64,000 nt of DNA, taken from the NCBI RefSeq assembly GCF_006345805.1, contig NC_042997.1, positions 20,026,001 through 20,090,000 of the forward strand, written 5' to 3'. The notes beneath the pieces are model-generated. The model saw only the letters and a list, made by a program, of their open reading frames with translations. It did no database searches and was not told the DNA's origin. Source of the DNA: Octopus sinensis. Lineage: Eukaryota. Shown here piece by piece: positions 24,670-35,896 of the stretch; position 1 is the stretch's first letter; each line of letters opens with the position of its first letter. Both the position numbers and the translations under genes were made by a program.

Positions 24670-25230
24670 AATGAAAATAAAGTTTATGACAACTGTAATT
24701 GATTTGATTGTTCTGGAAGTTGGTGAGCTGGCAAAATTGTTAGCATGCTGGGCAAAATGCTTGAGTGGTATTTCGCCTGTCTTTACGTTCTGAGTTCAAA
24801 TGCTGCCGGGGTCAACTTTGCCTTTCATCCTTTTGGGATTGATAAATGAAGGACCAGTGAGACACTGGGGTTGATGTAATCGACTGGTCTCCTCCCCTGA
24901 AATTTCAGGCCTTGTGCCTATAATAGAAAGGATTTGATTGTTCTAGTCTTAACATAAATTGGTAAGAATAGAAGTCATTTGACTGCACCCTTTTGTTTGT
25001 AATAGGCTATCCTGTTGCAGGTTCAATCCAAGGAATATTGAAATAATACCCATCTTGTCCATTCCACAGAATAAGATTATACTGGAGAGCATCATAAGAG
25101 GGACAAGTCTGTGAAATATGTTTAAGTTTTTTTTAATTTTGAACACGAATGAGAATATCATGATTTTCAATGGGATCATCAACCACAAGGATGCTACTGC
25201 ATTAGATGTAGGCTCATTAAAATAGCGTAA
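24670..25230 (-). mobile_element. Helitron Rep/helicase coding remnant, split by a SINE
   Basis: RYFNEPTSNAVA/ILVVDDPIENHDILI..KLKHISQTCPSYDALQYNLILWNGQDGYYFNIP..PATG..TNKRVQSNDFYSYQFMLR, matching the Helitron segment RFNAPT..EVA...SYDALQYPL....EDGY...FYAYRLM. Confidence 0.88.
24715..24930 (+). mobile_element. SINE family A variant with 14-bp TSD
   Basis: GATTTGATTGTTCT at 24701-24714 and 24931-24944; B-box GTTCAAAT; core CTTTGCCTTTCATCC. Confidence 0.92.
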
Positions 25231-25769
25231 AATGTTCTTTAATATAGTTTACTATAAACGTAATGTACGCAGAAGCACACACACACACTCATAGAATTGA
25301 TAATACTGAAAACAGCAAAACGTACACACACGAAGTTCAAGTGAATCGAAACGTAGTCAATTTAGGTGCAAAACATACTTTCTCTGGCATAGTTATGCTA
25401 TAAAAATTGAAAGTCATCAATATAGGAAAATACAGAAAGTCAACATTTATTCGGAACATGTACTACATGTTATAAAATTCACAATTGAATGAATGCCACA
25501 GTGAAGAAAGTGAAAGTCCAAGAAAATTCAGGAAGTATAATTCAATTTTTCATACAAAAATGATTTATTTTTACAATTTTGAAACGAATGCTGAACCAAG
25601 TGTATAAAAAGGAAGATGCTGTTTTTGAACTGTGTAACATTATAGACTGTAGAATAAATACTGAATAACGCAGTTGTGCAACGTTGATACCCACAATGAT
25701 GAAGAATACATGGACTGTGAAAAAACAGTATCTTGAAACTGGTTAAGAGTGGAATAACATTTCTGTAAT

Positions 25770-25990
25770 TATATTGAAAGAGCCACTGAGGCTTTCAACT
25801 TCGCCAAGTTTCCAAATTTGTTATAACAAGAATAATATCTTTTTTCAGATATATTTGCGAGTTTTGTGAGTGGTGTTAAATCAGCCCAAATCTTCATGTT
25901 GGTAGTACATGAAAGTGAACGTTGTTGTTTGTCTGAAATCCAGGCCGCAAGTAAACTTTCAATATCAGCATGTTTTACTGTTGGGTGGTG
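25770..25990 (-). mobile_element. Possible pogo/Tigger (CENP-B HTH) remnant
   Basis: KHADIESLLAAWISDKQQRSLS...LKAS loosely resembles the Tigger HTH (xEKLLxxWIxDxxQKRIP...FxAS). Confidence 0.35.
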
Positions 25991-26077
25991 GGGGAAGTTA
26001 CATACATAAACTAAGAGACACACATACATTAACACACACTTGAAGCCTATTTCTGTCCCTGTGTGTCTCTGTCTGTC

Positions 26078-26300
26078 TTTAGATGTGTGTGTGAGTCGTC
26101 ACAAAAATGTATGTATACTGACAGACACTTAAAATTTAAACACACATATACTTGTCAGTCATCGGCCTAGCGTAGGTAACGGACGTTTTTAGATGTATGT
26201 GTGTATGTCAGTGATCATAAAAACGTATGTATATTGGCAGACACATACACCATCATACACATGTACTTATCAGTCATCAGCCTAACGTAGGTAATGAATG
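26078..26300. repeat. Degenerate tandem duplication of about 115 bp
   Basis: Two units sharing TAGATGT..AAAAAxGTATGTATA..GxCAGACAC..TACTTxTCAGTCATCxGCCTAxCGTAGGTAA. Confidence 0.75.
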
Positions 26301-27837
26301 TGTGACCACACTCATATAAAAATGTGACGTCATTGTCATTGTGGTGGTGATATAAAATGTCGTTTACAATAGGTGACTAAAAGAAAAATGATAATGTTAA
26401 ATTTTTGTGATGCAAATATGTGATTGAAAACATAGTTTAGTTGGTATATGGTATGTGTGTGTGTATATACATGCAAACATGAATTATTGATATTTTACTT
26501 GTCATTGTTTGAGTAAACTGGTGCTAAACTTGGTATTATGACCAATTGCTCTGTGCTTTTGAAAACCTGTAGTGAATAGAAATTCCTTACCTGGAAGACT
26601 GATGAGGGTTCATGACAGGAAGAGGTCCAACCATAAAACCCTGCCACCAAAATCAATTCCTGTCCAATCCAGGTTAGCACAGAAAAATGGATGCACAAAC
26701 AAATTAACAGTATGAGTTAACTTTCTGAAAATTTTTAAATGTTATCTCAATAAGTCATCTTCCAAATTTACACATGTAATTTGATATTCAGAAATGTTTT
26801 CTAGATTTGATAGTGATTTTGATTTAGATGTATGGAAACTAATAGGAACACTTTTAGTATTAGTTTTCGTATATATGCTCAAATGACTCAATTTGTTACT
26901 TTTCATCCATCTATTATTTTAATAAAATTTAGATCATAACCCAAATCAATAGGAAGTGACAAAAACATTACTTTGGGCTAGCAATTAATTCAGTCTTTGA
27001 AGGTAGAAGATAATTTTAGAAGGTAATGTGTCTGCCATTGTGATTACATAATCAATAAAACACTTTATAATCATAGGTTTTTTTTCTTTTTTTGTTGATG
27101 TTTCTGTGACTGGTGTTGTTGTTGCTTTTAGAGATTAATCACAATAAAGAAGTAAATAGCTGAATAATGAAACTTTAGTTGCAGATATGAATTTTGTTTG
27201 ATAAAATTTGTGTCCATTATCCATTGATTGCTATCTTTGCCAAGCCATGACTTCACTAAAGACTGACAAAACATCAATGCCAGTTATGTTTTGTGCTTAA
27301 CAATATAAAGTAGAAAATATTCATCAATATTTATACTAATAGTGCATATTTTAAATGTTGCATTTTGTTGTTTTCCTATCTAAGCACAAATTATTCAGTT
27401 AAATAGTGCTTTATTTATAATTTTTTCCCTCCTCACGATCACTCTTAATTACGTACTTTAGATACCAGTTGGTAGTTTCCTTTTTACTAAGTCTTTCCAG
27501 GATTTAAAATAGCTAAGATGAGCATACAGTAGAATTATATAGCCATAATTTCTAACTATTTCTGAAGCATAACAATAATGTTAATTTCATACTCTACAAA
27601 GATACATATCAAAATATATATTTTTCCAGGTTACATTAAAGAGAAAAGTCCATTAAAAGCTAACAACTTCTTAGTATTAATAACTAACTCTAAAAGTTTT
27701 TAGTAACTATAAATGTTCCAAATGTGATTTTAAGTGCAATGCTTTTTTCTAAAATCAAAAATTCATCTTAAGTAACCAGTAAATTTAAAAGTAAGCCATA
27801 CATATTAAAGATAGTGAAATAAATTCATTTACATCAG

Positions 27838-27863
27838 GTTATCATGTAAAGAATTTGTGAAAG
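27838..27863 (+). CDS. Candidate 26-nt coding exon of an unidentified gene
   Basis: CATCAG|...|GTATGT boundaries; only one open frame, (R)LSCKEFVK, phase-compatible with the candidate exon at 28248. Confidence 0.25.
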
Positions 27864-28200
27864 GTATGTGAATGAATTATTAAGCAAAAATTGTTCCAGA
27901 TTTTGCATTCATTTTAAAATTTGTCTTTATCTCGAATTTCTAAACCTATTCTTAAATATATCTTCATTTCTGATCTATAGTGATGCCATTAGAGACTTAA
28001 AGGCTTAATGATATCATAAAATAATTAGTTTCATTTCTGTACTTAATGATACAATTAAGTGTTTGGGTTTTTTTGTTTTTGTTTTTTTAATGACTCAATC
28101 AAGTGGAAGGAGCAATACTTATGATCTTTTCAAAGGAAAACGATGAGAGTGATGCTGTAAAATTCCTCTTGAACAATTTCAAGATGGCAGCTTCAGAAAA

Positions 28201-28417
28201 GATATGAAAGCTTCATGCAAATAAAACTTGTTTATTATTGTTATTAGAATGCACTTCAAATCCATTATATTTTTCTTCAATATCATTTGTAGATTATGTT
28301 ATGGATATTGATATCATGTAAGTTTAACAATAGTGCTTTCTTCTTATAAACCCTGGAAATATAATATATAATATTCACTCATTTTACTTTAGTTTTACAA
28401 TGAGGAGAGCTTAGCAG
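28201..28417 (+). repeat. 217-bp segment, left copy of a perfect inverted duplication
   Basis: Base-by-base reverse complement of 33072-33288, no mismatches seen. Confidence 0.95.
28248..28317 (+). CDS. Candidate 70-nt coding exon of an unidentified gene
   Basis: TTATTAG|...|GTAAGT boundaries; only one open frame, (E)CTSNPLYFSSISFVDYVMDIDI. Confidence 0.3.
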
Positions 28418-28513
28418 AAAGGTAATTCCAAAAGCTAACATTATGTGGAGGAAGGACTACATTTACCATAATAAGAATAAGCTTCACTGTTTTCAATTTA
28501 AGAAGGATGATAA

Positions 28514-28725
28514 GGGGGTGAGCTGACAGAGCTGCTAGCATGCCAGACAAAATGCTTAGTGACACGTTGTCTATCCTTACATTCCGTGTTCAAATTCCAA
28601 AGAGGCCAACTTTGCCTATCATCATTTTGGAAGCAATGAAATAAGTACCAGTCAAGCACTGAGGTTGATGTAATTGATTAGCACCCTCTCCTAAAATTCA
28701 GACCTTGTACCTTTAGCAGAAAAAA
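28514..28725 (+). mobile_element. SINE family A variant, older
   Basis: Head, B-box and core recognisable; AGAAGGATG repeated at 28501-28509 and 28731-28739 as a probable TSD. Confidence 0.8.
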
Positions 28726-29225
28726 ATTTGAGAAGGATGCTCTAATGCTACAGTCACTTTCATGACAATCAGCTCCCTTGCTATCAACTGCTTTGAAACA
28801 CACAAGAATACAACTGGCATTAAACTCATTTTTCTCAGCTATACAGATGTAAGACTCTTTGCTCTCACATACAGATCATATGACATATACAACTATATGC
28901 TCTTGCTTATGGATCATATGACAATGTATGTTATAATTAGCAGGGTTTATAATATGGAATATTTTCAGATTATGTTTTCTTAATTTAATCATAGATTGTA
29001 GAATTCTTTTCTATTTATTTATTTATGATTTGAATATTTTCTCTATTTATCAATTACTAATTTTAATTTGAAATTGTTCACATGATTTCTATTTCAATCA
29101 TTAAACTTTTTTCTTTCCTGAATAATAGGATTAAATTTTACAGTTTTACAGTTATATTAGATACATGTTTAATGAGTAGCAAAATAGCATTCTTAATGGA
29201 ATTTATAATTATACATTACCTTCGA

Positions 29226-29268
<43 letters not shown>

Positions 29269-29699
29269 GGTGAGAGATGTCATGTAAGACTCCAAGTTCT
29301 TGGGTAAAGAATCAGCATGTAGTTTTGATTGACATATGGGATCGTTTAATTCTTGCTATGAAAGTCACGAGAGAAAATGAAGATCACAACTCACAATTTT
29401 CTTCATCATACAAATGTAAGCTTAGCAGAAGTATTAGACAAAAATCACTGGACAAAATGCCTTGCAGTATTTCATTTGATTCTTTAAATTCTGAGTTCAA
29501 ATTCTTCTGGAGTCGATTTTGTCATTCCTCCTGGGGTTGATAAAGTGCCAGTCAAATATTGGGGTTGAAATATTTGATTGCTCCCCTCCCAAAATTTCCG
29601 GTCTTGTATCTCTATTAGAAATTATTTTTTATTTGTAGCAGCTATGTAAAAACAAACATAGGTAGTATCTATATGAAGACAAACACATCCTAAAACTAA

Positions 29700-29990
29700 A
29701 GAGCTATGTAAAAAGCATTGGTGTGGGTGCTGATGTCATAAAAAACACTGATGGTGTTACATAAAAAGCACTGGTGATGGTGCCAAATATAAAGCAGCCT
29801 GCACACTCTGTGGAGAGGTTAGCATTAGGAAGGGCATTCAGCCATAGAAACCAAGCCAAAACAGATTATAGAACTTATGGTGGCCCCTGGCCTTGTTAGT
29901 TTCTGTCAGGCTGTCCAACCCATGCCAAGCATGGAAAATAGACGTTAAATGTTGCTGCTGTTGATGATGATGATGATAATGATGATGAGG
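29700..29990 (+). mobile_element. RTE-tail-type repeat
   Basis: AAAAAGCAC units, TAGGAAGGGCATTCAGC, TCCAACCCATGCC..GACGTTAAATG, (GAT)n. Confidence 0.75.
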
Positions 29991-31599
29991 ATGTGTAGTG
30001 TATTGGCTACTTTATGCTTTGCCGGACGTTCTTTGGCTGTTGTATGTCTATTACCATTCAATATGCCATCCTACTATTATGTATAAAAGTCTATTGCATT
30101 GCATATTTGCTTAGTCTCACTTGGCAATACTGAAAAATTAAGATCAGAAGAGTGTTATCCCTTATACTATTTTATTTTTGAGTTTACAATTGGTGACATG
30201 GTAAAAGAAATTGTCTTGTGTTGTAAATCACAAAATAATTTTTATTCTGTCAAATAGTAGTTAGAAGAATATTACCAAATTTAAAATCAACAATCATATT
30301 TTTTTGTGCATAATGTATATATTTTTATCAGCTTTTTAAACTGAAGAGTGAGGAATATGCCTTTTATGCTAGAACTGCTACTAATCCTCATTCATAACCA
30401 TATTCTGGGTGGCCTAACTGGAAGTTAGTTACGTCGGTTATTCAAAGTGGTATGTAAAGAAGATTTTAAACCATTATAATAATGTTACATTTTACTATGA
30501 TAGTTATAATGTCATTTATACTTATAGATAAGTTTCAATTTTTTACTAACAGGTTGAAAAGTATCCACCTGTGGCTTACCTACTGAACTTTGCACTGAAA
30601 TACTCAACATATGCCAACACACACACACGCACACATACACACACACATACAAACACATATGCACACACACATGCACACACATTCCAAGAAATGATAGAGT
30701 ATTTAGAGCTTGTTCATCATGTCACTACCTGTTATATATGAACACCAGTGTTGTAAACAACCAAAAATTGATGGTATTCAAAGGCTTGGGAACAGGAAAG
30801 GCACATGGGTGAGAGGATACAAGAGCATTCCCTAAAATGTTTTGGGAGCAATGTAAACACTTTGAACATCCTGGGTTGGACCTGGGTTTACACTTTCTCA
30901 GCAAATTTCCTTCTTATTTTTATATGTGCCAAATCAGAATTTGGTTTTGCTACAAAACAAAGTGAAGTGAAAATGATACATCTTAAACTCTGTTTATACT
31001 TTGCTGCATCTGTCTAAACTGTTTTTATATCTATCTAAGCTTTTTGATTATATATGCACATATTTGTTTGCAGAAGTGTAGAAGAATACATTGAGCTTAT
31101 TTTTGTAAAAAGGAACTATAAATTGCTCCATAAGTATTAAAAAGGAAAAGATTAGTTACGAGGTTGGTTTCAGTTTGTGTATCATTGAATATGCTGAAGA
31201 GCATGGAAATTGTTGTGCCAAGAGAGAATTTATTTGTCAGAAAAATTAGCTGTGGACTGATGGAAATGAAAAGAAACACTAAAAATAAAATACCTAAAAC
31301 AAAATTTGCCAAACTGTCCCTTAGCATGAGAAACACACAGAAATTTATATAACTGAGCATGTAAATCATGTGTGAATGACCTTGTTACTCACATAACTTT
31401 TAGAACAAAAATTAATAGATAGCTTGCAAATTTCCATGGATACGAATGAATATAATATTACTCAAAAGTTTCACATTTCACTACCTTAGTAATAGTATAT
31501 GAGATTCGTGAACAGAAATGGATTCTCATTATGCTAGCAAACCATTAACCGATTAACTCATGGAACCATTACATTTATTTTTTTATCTTTTTATGTGCC

Positions 31600-31790
31600 C
31601 TTTTCAAGCCTAGCCAGGCTCATGGGCCCGGTTTCCCGGTTTCTATGGCATATGTGTGTCCCCCCCCCAGCTGAACAGGACGCTAGTCCATCGCAGCATT
31701 ACTCAAGGAACAGGAAGAAAGAGTGAGAGAAAGTTAGGATGAAAGAGTACAACAGGGGTTGCCACCACCCCCTGCCGGAGCCTCGTGGAA
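31600..31790 (-). mobile_element. 3' part of a family C-related SINE
   Basis: GGGCCCGGTTTCCCGGTTTC..AGAGTGAGAGAAAGTT..CCCTGCCGGAGCCTCGTGGA, shared with the copies at 53518 and 56140. Confidence 0.75.
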
Positions 31791-33071
31791 CACCATGGAA
31801 ATTAAATGTTAAACTATGATGATGACAATAATGACACTTGCCCTTTGTGCAGTACAAATAAAAGCTGTTCTTTATTGGCTGATTCAAAGCATAGTAAATA
31901 TTCACCAGTAATCCAGAGAGGCATTTTAAAAGCAACAATTGGTCTGTTTGTACTAGATGTAGATCAAGAAACTGATCGCTATGATATTTATGGTTCTGGG
32001 ACATTGCTACACTGATATTGGCAATAATTATGATTATTTCAGTTAAATGTACAATGAAAGCTGCAAATTGTATTCATAAAAAACATGTAATTTATGTATT
32101 GGTCCGTGCTTGAAACTAAAAGATTATAAACACCATTGGGGATGTGAATTATTTAGCACTGTGACTTTCATACAAGTATACACGATGTATTAAATGTTCA
32201 TCATATTTCATAAATATGCTCACACCGAGGTCATATCAATCAATGACTATAAATACACTCGAACTTTGTTCATAATTGTCTGTATGAAGTAATCAAAAAT
32301 TAAATTGACATTAGTAACAATGAAACGCATTTTTTATTATCTGAACAAAAATGTGTACAATTATTAGATATTATATAAGTATTGTGTCAAAACAATGCAT
32401 GGCTCATGAAATAACAAAACATTGGATGTTGTAGTTTAAAACGGTTTCTCACATTGTGAAAATTTAAAATGATGCTCACAAATTGACTTTCTAGGAAAAA
32501 CATTTTTGTGTTACTTCCACAATTCTTTCTACGAGACACACAAGGCCTGAAATTAGGGGTAAGCAGGATAGTCAATTATATTTGACTCCCTTGCTTGACT
32601 GGTGCTTATTTTATCAACCTTGAAAAAATAAAAGGTAAAAACCAGTCTCAGCAGCATTTGAACTCAGAATGTAAAGCCAGAAGTAATGCCATTAATCCAT
32701 TTTTTTTTCTGTTTGGCACCATAACAACTCTTCCAGCTCACTGCCTTCTGTTATTGGCTTCATAATGTTGGAAATAAAAACATAATCATGTTTGATAGCA
32801 CCAGAAGAGATTTTGATTTAAATATTAAGATCACATGATTTAAACAGAATACTAATGCTGTCTTTAATAGACAACAGACTAATAATAATGTTGGTTTTAG
32901 AGTCATCAGAGTTAGCTATAAATTCCCAAAGATGGATTCAACAAGGTGAGAAATATTCTATATAATATGTTGCACTTTTATAACCTAAACGAGCAAAGTT
33001 TAAAGTATTTGTTTTTCTGTTTTGTTAAGAATGAAGATGGTTTTCAGTGTTATACAGCAATAATTATAAAC

Positions 33072-33288
33072 CTGCTAAGCTCTCCTCATTGTAAAACTAA
33101 AGTAAAATGAGTGAATATTATATATTATATTTCCAGGGTTTATAAGAAGAAAGCACTATTGTTAAACTTACATGATATCAATATCCATAACATAATCTAC
33201 AAATGATATTGAAGAAAAATATAATGGATTTGAAGTGCATTCTAATAACAATAATAAACAAGTTTTATTTGCATGAAGCTTTCATATC
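33072..33288 (-). repeat. 217-bp segment, right (inverted) copy
   Basis: Perfect reverse complement of 28201-28417. Confidence 0.95.
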
Positions 33289-33379
33289 ATATTAAATGTA
33301 AAGACATACAAAGGCCCAAGTTTAAAATCAACTAGAAATATTTCCTGGCCTTGCCTGGGCTTATTACCACATAAAAAAT

Positions 33380-34143
33380 GTAGTCTGTGTGGTAAGTAGC
33401 TTGCTTGCCAACCACATGGTTCTGGGTTCAGTCCCACTGCATGGTACCTTGGACAAGTGTCTTCTATTATAGCCTCGGGTCAACCAAAGCCTTGTGAGTG
33501 GATTTGGTAGACAGAAACTGAAAGAAGCCTGTCGCATATACTCTTTTACTCTTTTTACTTGTTTCAGTCATTTTGACTGCGGCCATGCTGGAGCACCGCC
33601 TTTAGTCGAGCAAATCGACCCCGGGACTTATTCTTTGTAAGCCCAGTACTTATTCTATCGGTCTCTTTGCCGAACCGCTAGGTGACGGGGACGTAAACAC
33701 ACCAGCATCGGTTGTCAAGCAATGCTAGGGGGACAAACACACACAGACACACATATATACATATACACGACAGGCTTCTTTCAGTTTCCGTCTACCAAAT
33801 CCACTCACAAGGCATTGGTCGGCCCGGGGCTATAGCAGAAGACACTTGCCCAAGATGCCACGCAGAGGGACTGAACCCGGAACCATGTGGTTGGTTAGCA
33901 AGCTACTTAACACACAGCCACTCCTGCGCCTATATGTGTGTGTGTGTTTGCATGTCTGTGTTTATCCCCCATTATCACTTGACAATCAATGCTGGTGTGT
34001 TTACATCCTTGTAACCTAGTGGTTTGGCAAAAGAGACTGATGGAATAAGTACTGGGGTCGATTTGTTCAACTAAAGGTGGTGCTCCAACAAGGCCACAGT
34101 CAAAATGACTGAAACAAGTAAAAGAATTAAAGAATAAAAGAAT
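33380..34143 (+). mobile_element. SINE family B (host copy), split by a nested antisense copy
   Basis: Head half 33380-33540; tail half 33931-34143 ending GAAACAAGTAAAAGAAT. Confidence 0.9.
33541..33930 (-). mobile_element. Full-length SINE family B, nested antisense
   Basis: Complete from GGCGCAGGAGTGGCTGTGTG to the (AAAAGAGT)n tail; TATA on both sides. Confidence 0.93.
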
Positions 34144-35669
34144 ATGAATTCATTCTATTTTGAGTAAATTTTTTCCAGTATTGATTGAAAATGCTTAACT
34201 GTTGCTGTTAGTACAATATTTCATCCTTGTATTCAGCCATGACACACTATTATTATTATTATTATTATTGTAAGCCATCGTTTACAGCTGAGGCCTACTG
34301 TCTACTTCAGATATTATGTCTTAAGAATATTTATTTTCAAGATTTTAAAGTGTAGTATCCTCTTACATTTTAGACTTTCCCATGGTGTGCATTTGGTGTG
34401 CAGTGAATTTATTGATAACTTTGCACCTTACAATAGTATCTAAATTTTCACACCTGTGACACAAGTTGTTGTCATTTCCCTCTAGTTTTATTATCAGCCT
34501 GGTTGGTTTATGTTTGGTTAATTTTATAACAGTGTGCACAACTAGCATATAAATGTTGTTTCACAGTGATAATAGCTACATACATACAGACACTGATTGC
34601 CCAATAGTTATCACATATTTCCTGGAGATATCAGTCACAATGTTTGAGGTGAGAGTGATTGTTTTTCTTTATTTTTTCCACCGGTCTTGACAAAAATGTT
34701 TCCTTATCTTGTGAATGCTTAGAGAATTTGGAAGAATTTCTCCTTAAACTATGTTTTTACATTGGTTTTATGTGGTATTTATTCTGCAGCTAACTTGCCA
34801 GATTTGATTTACACAAAAATATATAAATATATAAGTTGCTGCTGTTCTTCAGTCTCATGTGTACTCTGATTAAGCAGATCTTTGATCAAATGTATTACAG
34901 TGATGACCACCTAGTATATTAGTATATATTAAATCTATGTTGTTCAATGTGTTCTTCACATTTTATGGGATGGTAGAAGGAAATTTGATTGTGACTTGAC
35001 TACTTATTATAGTAGGTTAAGTAAACACATAGAAGATACTTCACTAGTTTGAAAGATATGAATGTTAGATGATGACGATACTTATGTTTAATTGTTTGTT
35101 TACATTTTTATTGCTTCTTTCTACAACTGTTTTAGGTTGGTTTTGTATGTCATTTGGAAATTAACCGACATTATAAAAATAAGAATATCAGTCACTCACC
35201 AAATAACTAGAATATCAGGATTCTATTCTCTCCGTGGTATACAAAATTATCCAAATTTATGGAAAAGGAAAACAAATAGAAATATTGTTAACAAAACGTT
35301 AGTGCCAAGCAGTGTTTAATCATAGGCAAAATTTAGGTTAGTTAAAATATGTTTGTGACATATTTCAGCTTCTAAAAGGCAAATTCACTACAGTTACTGT
35401 GGAGAAAATATCTTTTTATGTTAAAAAAAGGTTTGAAAACACCCGGTTTGTTTAGTGTCACCATCTATCAGGAATCCCAGATATTGATGTTTTGAGTTTT
35501 CTGCATTCTAAAAGAGGATAGAGGTGACTTGACTATATTTATGCTACTAGGGGAGATGCAAAATATGAAAATGAGGACTTAACTAAAGCTAATGGGAAGC
35601 TCTGATTCATAGTGTGGTAAAAATCACTTATGCTAAAAACATCTGATTTTCTGCCAAAATATTAGAAAG

Positions 35670-35673
35670 AATT

Positions 35674-35708
<35 letters not shown>

Positions 35709-35851
35709 TATTATTATTATTATTATTATATGAAAGCTCACAGCTTATTTTGCTAGGTATGATGGTGACACTTGTTTGCTGGTCATGCTTCAAGAAACCA
35801 GTGAAGAAAGATCTTTTTCAGCTATGGTGGTAGCTGAGTGCTGATACTTGA

Positions 35852-35895
<44 letters not shown>
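35670..35895. repeat. (ATC)n and (ATT)n microsatellites
   Basis: Two arrays read directly (about 35670-35730 and 35850-35895). Confidence 0.9.

Positions 35896-35896
<1 letters not shown>

Noticed and set aside
26805-26885. Mini-frame FDSDFDLDVWKLIGTLLVLVFVYMLK* resembling a tail anchor
   Set aside because: Hydrophobic runs arise readily in T-rich DNA, and no upstream coding exon could be linked.
28201-33288. Reading the 217-bp inverted repeats as transposon TIRs
   Set aside because: No TSD on the outer flanks, no transposase inside, and the ends lack typical TIR termini.
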